Source: Cetorhinus maximus
Taxonomy: Eukaryota
NCBI RefSeq assembly: GCF_964194155.1
Contig: NC_135901.1
Span: 31,186,001 to 31,250,000 of the forward strand
DNA length: 64,000 nucleotides
Direction of reading: 5' to 3'
In this document: positions 10,381 through 21,438 of the stretch, one piece after another
Layout: each line of letters starts with the position of its first letter
Numbering within the stretch: the first letter of the stretch is position 1
Position numbers and translations under genes: made by a program
The notes under the pieces: generated by a model
Databases searched by the model: none
What the model saw: only the letters and a program-made list of their open reading frames with translations
What the model was told of the DNA's origin: nothing

Positions 10381-10789
10381 GGTGCGGGTGTCCTTTGGTC
10401 GCCTCAGATTCAATGATCAACTGAGCAGTCCACACACAGAACATGTGTACAGACCCTCCCGTGATGTTTTATCAGGCTGCGTAACTGGTCAAAGCTCTTT
10501 CCACAGTCAGTGCACTGGAACACTCTCACTCGGATATGTCTGTCTCAGTGCATTTCCAATAACACCGATTTTAAAACCTGAAGCAGAATGAACAGTCAAA
10601 CATTTCTCCTTCTAGATTCAAAGGCCATTGACATTCAGCTCCCGATGAATTGAGTGACTCTGTCAGATCTTGCTGTAACATGTGGTTTGAGATCTGTCTG
10701 CAAAATCTCCCCTTCTAATATTCTGTAAAAGGTGTTTACAAAAGTCATCACTGTCAGTCGATGATAGCAAATCAGAACAGCTGAATTCA

Positions 10790-11600
10790 GCTCCTGTAAG
10801 TCAACAATTTGCTCCCAGAATGAGAAAAGAAATGGAAAGGGGGAAACATTGATTTCCTCCCAGATGTTGCCCAGAGGAGGAAGTTTTAGTCTGAAGCTCA
10901 TTGTCCAACTTCCGCATTGTGACGTCCACAACGGATCCCTGCCTGAATCAGCCAATAGGAATCACTCTGCTCCGCGGTGATGTCCTCGGGTTCCAACCTG
11001 CAGGCCAGGTGCGTGGCCACGGAACCCCGCCCCCACCCATTGTTCCCCCTCCCCCTCCGCCACCTCGAGACAAGGTTTCCAGGCAACCGGCTGACGGCTC
11101 CGGCCAGAGCGAGAAGCCGCTCGGAGAACTCGGGAGAGGGGAAGCTGCGCATGTGCGGGGGAGAGCCCGCCCCTTCCCTTCATGCTGAGGGGCTGACCAA
11201 TAGAAAGAGTTGGAGGACCGGAAGGGCTCTGGTCCTCCAGCCAATCAGAGCGCGGGCTTTGTGTGATTCAAGATTGAGCTTCACACAGACTAAAAGTTCC
11301 TCCTGTGTCCAACATCTGTGAGTAAAACACTTTCTTTTCTCCCTCTTTCCATTTCTTTTCTCATTCTGGGGGGAAATTGTTGACTTGCAGGAACTGAAGG
11401 GAAAGGAAGTGAATCCAGGGAGGGTGCAGACTCTGGAAAGGTTGGCCCAGGTCTCTCTCTCTCTCTCTCTCTCAAAGACATTGACATCCTTTGCTCCCTC
11501 AGCTTGACACATTTATTTGTCTGGCTAAAAGGATGGTCTCTTTCCTAATGTTCACAATTAAAGGGGTGGTTTCCCCAGGAGATGGCTGACATTTAAGGGG
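10790..11600. promoter_or_regulatory. Bidirectional promoter module P2 (type alpha) between ZNF C and D
   Basis: Same motifs and order as P1, plus CCGGAAG (ETS-like). Lacks the 3408-3540 insertion. Confidence 0.7.
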
Positions 11601-13029
11601 ACAGTGAATTAATATAGGACAGAGATGTGTCTAATGTTGTGATCGGGAACAGTTTAGATATATTATTTGTCGTCCTATAATTAAATTAATTTATTATCCT
11701 TTCCAGTCTTGTAGTATAGGAATGTAGCTGTGTCTATATTTCTAGACATAGGGTCATAACGACACAGAAGGAATTCATATACCCCCTTCTATATCCCCGT
11801 TCCCCTGCAAGTATATTTCCATCAAGTGTCCGTCGAATTTCATTCTGAAATCAATGATGATCTTCAGTTCCACCATCCTCAGAGACATTGAATTCCAGGT
11901 CATGATCACTCACTCCGAAATACAGTTCTTTCTTGCATTCCCCCATACCTCTAATCATGCAGTACATATTCTATTATATTACAACATTTGTACTCCTGTA
12001 ATATGTTCATGTATATGGCTCACAGCTCTGTTTGCTGGACTGACAGTACTGAACATGGATCTGTCAATCGGGATGAATTTGCACCTTCAGGAGAATTGGG
12101 AGGTTGTATATTAGGTACAGCAGAGTGAGATTGGAGGGAGAGTGTGTGCAACAGTGATTTACAGGTTTTGGGGAACAGGAGAGGAAAGAATGTTTCATAG
12201 AAACTAGAATTGTCTGTTATGAATTTCTATCCTGTACTGACAGTGATGACTTTTGTAAACCCCTTTTGCAGGATATTAGAGGGGGAGGATTTGCAGACAG
12301 AAATCTCAAACCAAAAATCACATCAAGATCTCACAGTGTCATTCAATTCATCAGGACCTGAACATAATTGACCTTTGAATGTTGGGAAACGTTTGTCTGT
12401 TCTGTCTGTGGGGAAAGATTCTAAACATTGGTGTGATTGGAAAAGCACCGAGACACACACACCCGAGTGAGCGTGTTCCAGTGCACCGACTGTGGAAAGA
12501 CTTTTAACCAGTTACACAGCCTGAAAAAAAAATCACACCATTCACAGCGGGGAGAGACTGTACATGTGTTATCTGCATGTATGAGGCTTCAACTGATCGT
12601 CAAACACAGAGAGACATAAGGACACCCACACCATGGAGAAACCATAGAAATGTGGGGACTGTGGGAAGGGATTCCGGAACCCGTCTGTGCTAGAAATTCT
12701 CAAACCAAAATTCACGTTAGCATCTGCCAGAGTCACTCGATTCATTAGGACCTGAATATCATCGGCCTTTGAATCTAGAAGGAGAAATGATTGTCTGTTC
12801 TGTCTGCTTCAAAATGTTTCAAACATCAGTGTGATTGGAAAAGCACCGAGACATACACACCCGAGTGAGAGTGTTCAAGTGCACCGACTGTGGAAAGAGC
12901 TTTAACCAGTTACACAGACTGAAAAAACATCACACCGTTCACAAAGGGGAGACACCACGCATGTGTTCTGAGTGTGGACAAGGCACCAATTGATCAACAG
13001 ACGTGGAGATACACGAGGGCACACGCATC

Positions 13030-14649
13030 ATGGAGAAACTGTGGAAATGTGGGGACGGTGGGAAGGGATTCCAAACCACATCTATGCTGGAAACTCATCG
13101 ACACATTCACACCGGGGAGAGGCCATTCACCTGCCCTGTGTGTGGGAAGGGATTCACTCATTCCTCACACCTAGTGGCACACCAGATCACTCACACCAGG
13201 GAGAGGCCACTCACCTGCTCTATGTGTGGAAAGGGATTCACTCATTCCTCACACCTAGTGGCACATCAGGTCGCTCACACCAGGGAGAGGCCGCTCACCT
13301 GCTCTGTGTGTGGGAAAGGATTCACTCAGTCATCCCACCTAGTGGCACACCAGATAGCTCACACCAAGGAGAGGCCGCTCACCTGCTCTGTGTGTGGGAA
13401 GGGATTCAGTAAACCATTACATTTACTGGCACACCAGGTAGCTCACACCAGGGAGAGGCTGCTCACCTGCTCTGTGTGTGGGAAAGGATTCACTCATTCA
13501 TCCCACCTAGTGGCACACCAGGTAGTTCACACCAGGGAGAAGCTATTCACCTGCTCTGAGTGTGGGAAGGGATTCACTCAGTCATCCCACCTACTGGCAC
13601 ACCAGGTAGTTCACACTGGGGAGAGGCTGTTCACCTGCTCTGTTTGTGGGAAGGGATTCACTCAGTCATCCCACCTAGTGACACACCAAGTTGCTCACAC
13701 CAGGGAGAGGCCGTTCTCCTGCTCTGAGTGTGGGAAGGGATTCACTCAGACATCCCACCTAGTGGCACACCAGGCAGTTCACACAGAGGAGAGGTCGTTC
13801 ACCTGCACTGAGTGTGGGAAGGGATTCACTCAGTCTGCGCACCTAGTGGCACACCAGGTAGTTCACACTGAGGAGAGGCCGTTCACCTGCACTGAGTGTG
13901 GTAAGGGATTCACTCAGTCAACCCACCTAGTGGCACACCAGGTAGTTCACACCAGGGAGAAGCCATTCACCTGCTGTGTGTGTGGGAAGGGATTCACTCA
14001 GTCATCCCACCTAGTGGCACACCAGGTAGTTCACACCAGGGAGAGGCCATTCACCTGCTCTGTGTGTGGGAAGGGATTCACTCATTCATCCCACCTAGTG
14101 GCACACCAGGTCGCTCACACCGGGGAGAGGCTGTTCACCTGCACTGAGTGTGGGAAGGGATTCACTCAGTCTGCGCACCTAGTGGCACACCAGGTAGTTC
14201 ACAACAGGGAGAGGCCATTCACCTGCTCTGTGTGTGGGAAGGGATTCACTCAGTCCTCACACCTTGTGGCACACCAGTTAGTTCACACAGAGGAGAGGCC
14301 TTTCACCTGCTCTGAGTGTGGGAAGGGATTCACTCAGTCTGCGCACCTAGTGGCACACCAGGTAGTTCACACCAAGGAGAGGCCGTTCACCTGCTCTGTG
14401 TGTGGGAAGGGATTTGCTCAGTTATCTCACCTGCTGACACACCAACAGGTTCATACTGGAAAAGACCATTCACCCGCTCTCGATGTGGGAAGGATTCACT
14501 CGGTCGTCCCATCTGCAGACACACTGGCAAGTTCACACTGGAGAGAGGCCCTTCGTTTGCTCCATGTGTGGGAAGGGATTCGCTCTTTCATCCTACCTGC
14601 TGACACATCAACAGGGTCACCCTGGGGCGAGGCCGTTTGCCTGCTCTGA
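13030..14649 (+). CDS. C2H2 zinc-finger protein D, 17 in-frame fingers with homogenised (Q/H)SxHLVA helices; C-terminal frameshift
   Basis: 84-bp tandem unit. The first finger has C->G. The frame shifts after finger 17, and ~3 further fingers lie in another frame up to ~14690. Confidence 0.8.
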   Translation: MEKLWKCGDGGKGFQTTSMLETHRHIHTGERPFTCPVCGKGFTHSSHLVAHQITHTRERPLTCSMCGKGFTHSSHLVAHQVAHTRERPLTCSVCGKGFTQSSHLVAHQIAHTKERPLTCSVCGKGFSKPLHLLAHQVAHTRERLLTCSVCGKGFTHSSHLVAHQVVHTREKLFTCSECGKGFTQSSHLLAHQVVHTGERLFTCSVCGKGFTQSSHLVTHQVAHTRERPFSCSECGKGFTQTSHLVAHQAVHTEERSFTCTECGKGFTQSAHLVAHQVVHTEERPFTCTECGKGFTQSTHLVAHQVVHTREKPFTCCVCGKGFTQSSHLVAHQVVHTRERPFTCSVCGKGFTHSSHLVAHQVAHTGERLFTCTECGKGFTQSAHLVAHQVVHNRERPFTCSVCGKGFTQSSHLVAHQLVHTEERPFTCSECGKGFTQSAHLVAHQVVHTKERPFTCSVCGKGFAQLSHLLTHQQVHTGKDHSPALDVGRIHSVVPSADTLASSHWREALRLLHVWEGIRSFILPADTSTGSPWGEAVCLL

Positions 14650-14690
14650 GTGTAGGAAGGAATTCACTCGGTTAACCAGCCTGCTCGGTC

Positions 14691-16270
14691 TGTGGGAGTT
14701 AATTGTGTCAATTGAGGTAATATATATCCACGTGCAGGACATTTAGTGGATGGTTACTTGAGCACATATAAAGAGACACTACTGACACATAATGGGGTGT
14801 ATTCAGGAGGTATATACCTGTAATGTTTCACACTGTGAATAAATCTACACCAAACAAAGACTGGCCCCAGTTTCTTCCTTCACCATCAGGCTGTCAGGAT
14901 TATAACATGGTAACAGAGAGTACTTGTCTAATGGTGGAGGTTGGAAACTGAAGGAAAATAAAATTTCAGACAGAAGCTTACAATCCGAGTAGCTTTTGTG
15001 CAAAATGGCTGAAAACAAGTGGAAATTGTCAGGGAATTGCTCTGAAGATGGGTCATACGGACACAAAAGGTTAACTCTGTTTCTCTCTCCACAGATGCTG
15101 CTTGACCTGCTGAGTTTTTCCAACCCTTTCTGTTTTTGTGTCAGATTTCTAGCATCTGCAGTAATTTGCTTTTATATTATGGAAATTGTCAGGGTCTGAT
15201 TACCCGCCGATGTTCTCGGAGTCTGAGCCACACGACCAGTGGAAGAATGAAGTGGAGATGTGGACACGGGTTACGTCCCTACCGAGGAGGAAACAAGGTC
15301 TGGTCTTGGTATTGTCACTTCCCAACAAAAGTAAATCAGAAGCAAAGTATTTAGTGAGCTGGATGCCCATCAGTTGGATACTGATGAAGGTTTGGATCTT
15401 CTATTCGGGTTCATTGATGAGATTTGAAAGAAAGATGATCTATTGGATAGTTGGACTTTGACAGGTTTCAAATGAGGGTGAAAGCATCTTTAGCAGGTCT
15501 GGATATCACAACAAAAGACAGGATTGGAACAGCACTAATAGGTGAATGACCCCCAGGAATGACCAGGGAACAATTAACAGGTGTTTCAGGTCTGACTCAA
15601 AATATCATCATGTGATGAACTGCCCAAAGTGGAAAATCAGGGTCTTCGAAGTGACACATGATACAGAGAATTCTGAGGCTGAAGACGATGATGATGATCA
15701 CTCTGAAGGAATTGTACTAGTCACAAGGAGCTTTGGTCCAGTGATGAGTATGTTAGTCACATTCAACTGTGCTGTGTTAGATAGTGGCTGCACCTCGACA
15801 GTATGTGGATCAGATTGGTGAAAATGTTACCCAGATTCACCTCATAGTGACGATCGACACAGGGTTAAGGAGTATGAAAGTTCTACTTGTTTAAGTTTGG
15901 TGATGTGAACACATTGATATCACTAAAAAGAGTTGGGATTCCATGCAACATAGCTGGAGTCAGCCACTTTATCAGGACTGGTGTAGACTCTAGTGAGATA
16001 CCCTTCCTGTTGAGTAAACCTTCCATGAAAAAGGCACAAATGCAACTGGACATGGAGCAAGATAAAGCAACTGTTTTTGGAAAGTCAGTGGATCTGCAGT
16101 TGACTCAATCAGGACATTATCGTCTCCCCTTAACAATACCTGATGTTTCTCATCAGAGTGTTTGAGAAGGATTAATGGCATCAGGTGATAAGAATCAGAG
16201 AAAAAATGCAAATTGTCTTAAAACTACACAGGCACAATTTGCTCATCCTTCTTGTCAAAGATTAAAAATC
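14691..16270 (+). mobile_element. Ty1/copia (GalEa-like) remnant: LTR 14691-14907, PBS 14908-14921, gag, protease, start of integrase region
   Basis: LTR TGTGGG...TATAACA with AATAAA; PBS TGGTAACAGAGAGT; gag as at 1216-1515; AVLDSGCTSTVCG, FKFGD, IPFLLSKPSMKKAQMQLD, GHYRLPL and a KLH..FAHPS-like motif, i.e. copia domain order (protease then integrase). Confidence 0.8.
15035..15179 (+). mobile_element. Short Penelope-derived insertion inside copia gag
   Basis: 15-bp TSD TGGAAATTGTCAGGG at 15020-15034 and 15180-15194. The paralogous site at ~1486-1501 is empty. Degenerate CTGAAGA..GGGTC..GAC core. Confidence 0.8.
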
Positions 16271-16326
16271 CAGCTTCATGTCCTGGACAGAGAGACCTGA
16301 AATTCTTTATGCAGGCTGTATATCTC

Positions 16327-16327
<1 letters not shown>

Positions 16328-16366
<39 letters not shown>

Positions 16367-16372
16367 CATGTA
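16328..16372. repeat. (CA)n(TA)n microsatellite
   Basis: Directly visible. Confidence 0.9.
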
Positions 16373-17114
16373 CGTATAACTGGACTGAAAATGAGTGATG
16401 TACAGTACTGTATTTCTTAAAGATACAGTGGGAGGGGGATGTGAGGAAGAACTTTATTTAGGCACAGAGTGGTCATGATCTCGCTGCCAACAAGGGTGGT
16501 GGAAAGGGAAATAAACAATTTCAAAATGAAATTGGATGGACACTGGAAGGAAATAAACTTGCAGGGTTATGGGGATACAGAGGGGCAATGGGACTGACTG
16601 ATTGCTCCACAGGAAGTCAGTGCACATTCCAGTTTCCGAACGGACTTCTTCTGTGCCGTAATAACGCTATGACTTTACGGAAGCTGACTCGCTGCACACC
16701 AGCCCACCCCGCAGCCAGAACACACTGCGGGCGGGTTCAGCGGGGGCAGGGTGAGACTTCCAGGACTTCTGCCCCTCGCTGGGGAGGGAGTCCCGCCCTC
16801 AGGAGCCACCGACAAATCGGATTGGGCAGCAGCTCCGGCAATCCAACCATGCCAAGAGGGCATTAGGGCACTTCCAGGACTGCAACCGGTTCCAGCAATG
16901 AATCGTGGAGCAAGATACGTCCGGGGTATTGGACTAGGTGGGTTTGGGCAGCTTGGGGAGTGGGGCGGGGACGGGGGGATGTGGTGGCTTTTGGCGAACA
17001 GGCGAGAAGGAAGAAAGGCGGGTGCTATCTTAGCAGGGGGCTCCCTGGAGATCTGGCATGGATTGAATGGGATGAATGGCCTCCTGCTCATTTCTAATGT
17101 CACGATGGTCAAAA

Positions 17115-17770
17115 TAAAACAATTTCAGCTGCTCCAGCCTCTGCAACTCACTGAAGTCCCTCATCCCTGGTGCCATTCTCGTAAATCTCCTCTGCACCCT
17201 CTCTAAGAACTTCACATCTTTCCTAAAGTGTGGGGCCCAGATATAGGGTTCCATTCTAGTGGGATAGAATTGAAAAGCAGGGAGGTTATGTTCAACCTGT
17301 TTTGAACCATGGTTAGACTACACTGGGAGTATTGTCAACATCTATGATCTCCATTTAGAAAAAGGAAATAGAGGCACCGGAGAAGGGGCAACAAAGAATC
17401 ACAAGAATAAAGCCAGAACTGAGAGTATTTAACCCTCAGGAAAGGCTGGGGCTGTTTTTCTCTAGAAAAGAGACGACTGAAGGGTGACCTGATGGAAGTC
17501 TTTAAGATGATGAAGGGGTTCAATAATCCAATAGGGATTTCATGAGAAACCTCTTTACCCAGTGAATGGTGAGAATGTGGAACTCGCTATCACAGCAAGT
17601 GGTTGAGGTGAATAAGAGGAAGCTAGACACATACATGAGGAAGAAAGGAATAGAAGGATATGCTGATGGGGGGAGATGAAGAGGGGTGGGTGGAGTCTCA
17701 TGTGGAGCATAAATACTGACAGAGACCAATTGAGCCGACTGGCCTGGCCCTGTGCTTTAGACTCAATGGA
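17115..17770. mobile_element. Mosaic of CR1 3' fragments, duplicated as a block
   Basis: WAPHFRKDVKFLERVQRRFTRMAPGM on the - strand; NLFTQ*MVRMWNSL on the + strand. The same mosaic occurs at 26410-27070 (inverted) and 57990-58600. Confidence 0.7.
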
Positions 17771-18055
17771 ACAGAGACAAATGTATTTATTTTAGATCTA
17801 CCTGCAGTGGTAGGAAAAACACTCATTACTATCCAGGATAAAAATGTACTTGATCAACTCGTGTGGATCATTCCAGTGGAAATGTGCACTCCCAGGCTCA
17901 AAGAGCATCAGCCACTGGAAGCAAAGTCGTGAGACCGGCCAGTCCAACAGAAAGAAACCCTCCGACCCTCCCACTTCACCAAGTGTCAGAATGAACATAG
18001 TTCAGTCCTGGATGTGATTAACAGCAGCAATAACATCAGAATCCAACCCCTGTAA

Positions 18056-18979
<924 letters not shown>

Positions 18980-19899
18980 GGTGCAGGTGTCCTCGTGTCT
19001 TTCCAGGTTCAGTAATTAACTGAGGGGTCCACATACACAACATGTGTCCACTCTCCTGCGCTGTGAATGATGCGATGTTTCTTCAGGCTGTGTAACTGGT
19101 GACAGCTGTTTCCACACTCAGTGCACTGGAAACACTCTCACTCGGGTGTGTGTGTCTCGGTGCTTTTCCAGTCCCCCTGATGTTTAAAACCTTCTGAAGC
19201 AGACAGAACGGACGAACATTTCTCCTTCAAGATTCAAAGGCCAATGATATTCGGGTCTTGATGAATTGTGTGACTCTGTCAGATCTTGACGTGACATTTG
19301 GTTTGAGATTTCTGTCTGCAAATCTTCCCCTTCTAATATCTTGTAAAAGGAGTTTACAAGTCATCACTGTCAGTACAGGATAGAAATTCAGAAAAGACAA
19401 TTCTAGTTTCTCTGGATCATTCTTTGCTTTCATTCCCTAAAAGTTATAAATCTCTGTCCCCCACACTCTCACTCCATTCTCACTCTGTTGTAACTAATTT
19501 TCGACCCTTCCAATTCTCCTGAAGGTGCCGTTTCATGCGAATCGACAGATTCATGCTCAGTATTTCCTGTGCAGGACACGGAGAGCTGAAAATCTTTGTA
19601 CAGGCTGCAAGACCTGGAACTCACTGACTGGTGGAAACGGAGACAATCAATGATTTCAAAATGAAATTCGCTGGGAAATAAACTTGTAGGGAATGGGGAT
19701 ATAGAGGGGGAATGGGACTGACTGGATTGCTCTACTGGGAGTTGGCATGGACTCCTTTTGTGCCATCGTGACTGGAAATATATAATGTAGCTACAGTACT
19801 ATATTACAAGACTAGAAATAATAAATGCATTTTAATACAGAACCAGAAATAATACATTGCATATGTACAATATAACAGCACGAGACATATCTCTGTCCT

Positions 19900-21240
19900 G
19901 TATTAATTTACAGTCCCCTTAAATGTCAGCCATCTCCTGGGGAAATCACCCCTATAATTGTGAACATTAGGAAAGAGACCATCCTTTTAACCAGACAAAA
20001 AAATGTGTCAAGCTGAGGGAGCAAAGGATGTCAATGTCTTTAAGGGAGAGAGAGAGACCTGGGCCAACCTTTCCAGAGTCTGCACCCTCCCTGGATTCAC
20101 TTCCTTTCCCTTCAGTTCCTGCAAGTTAACAATTTGCCCCCAGAATGAGAAAAGAAATGGAAAGGGGGAAGCATTGATTTCCTCACAGATGTTGCCCAGA
20201 GGAGGAAGTTTGAGTCTGAAACAAAATCAGGAACAGAAATACCTGGAAAAACTCAGCAGGTCTGGCAGCATCGGCGGAGAAGAACAAAGTTAACGTTTCG
20301 AGTCCTCATGACCCTTCAACAGAACTAAGTAAAAAAATCTGTTTTTACTTAGTTCTGTTGAAGGGTCATGAAGACTCGAAACGTCAACTGTACTCTTCTC
20401 CGCCGATGCTGCCAGACCTGCTGAGTTTTTCCAGGTAATTCTGTTGTTGTTTTGGATTTCTAGCATCCGCAGTTTTTTGTTTTTATCTCATAAGTTTGAG
20501 TCTGAAGCTCATTGTCCAACTTCCGCGTTGTGACGTCCACAATGGAACCCTGCCCGAATCAGCCAATAAGAATCACTCTGCTCCGCGGTGACGTCCTCGG
20601 GTTCCAGTATGCAGGCCAGGCGCGCGGACACGGGAGCCCTGCCCCCACCCATTGTTCCCCCCTCCCGCTCCACTTCCTCGAGCCAAGGTTTCCAGGCAAC
20701 CGGCTGACGGCTCCGGCCAGAGCGAGAAGCCGCTCGGAGAACTCGGGAGAGGGGAAGCTGCGCATGTGCGGGGAGAACCCGCCCCTTCCCTTCATGCTGA
20801 GGGAATGACCAATAGGAAGAGTTGGAGGACCGGAAGGACTCTGATCCTCCAGCCAATCAGCGTGCGGGCTTTGTGTGAATGAAGATTGAAACTAAAACGC
20901 AGACTAAAACTTCCTCCTGTGTCCAACATCTGTGAGTAAAACACTTTCTTTTCTCCCCCTTTCCATTTCTTTTCTCATTCTGGGGGGAAATTGTTGACTT
21001 GCAGGAACTGAAGGGAAAGGAAGTGAATCCAGGGAGGGTGCAGACTCTGGAAACGTTGGCCCAGGTCTCTCCCTCTCTTAAAGACATTGACATCCTTTGC
21101 TCCCTCAGCTTGACACATTTATTTGGCTGGATGAAAGGATGGTCTCTTTTCTCATGTTCACAATTAAAGTGGTGGTTTCCCCAGGAGATGGCTGACATTT
21201 AAGGGGACAATAAATTAATATGGGACAGAGATATGTCCAG
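19900..21240. promoter_or_regulatory. Bidirectional promoter module P3 with two complete inverted arms, between ZNF E and F
   Basis: 19900-20220 is the reverse complement of ~20900-21240 (exon-1 end, donor, 50-nt exon, GA tract). The left donor is intact (ct|GTGAGG on -). Confidence 0.75.
20221..20491. mobile_element. Palindromic Penelope-derived insertion with two inverted minimal hammerhead motifs
   Basis: 15-bp TSD AAGTTTGAGTCTGAA at 20206-20220 and 20492-20506. Arms ~20233-20335 and ~20342-20445 are inverted copies. Core AGTT CTGTTGA AGGGTC ATGAA GACTC GAAACGTC AACT. Confidence 0.85.
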
Positions 21241-21438
21241 TATTGTTTTATGGTACATATCAGATATAAGATTCATGGTAATCTAAACTTCACTTATTCT
21301 TATTTCTAGTGTTGTAATTTTATTACAGTAAGTATGTTATATATTTCCAATCATAGAGTCATTATGGCACAGAAGGCTCCATTCAGCAATTCAAGTCTGT
21401 GCCAACTCTCTGTAGAGCAATGCAATTGGTCTCATTCC

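Noticed and set aside
12787-13032. Selenocysteine-containing zinc fingers (conserved in-frame TGA codons plus a conserved 3' UTR)
   Set aside because: The TGAs are not at Cys positions, E has TAA at the same site, and most copies have an extra TAA or frameshifts in the leader. The 3' UTR ATGA...GA spacing is too short for a canonical SECIS, and D lacks that UTR altogether.
13110-14460. CRISPR-like or non-coding tandem array
   Set aside because: The 84-bp period equals one C2H2 finger plus linker in an open frame, and the context is eukaryotic.
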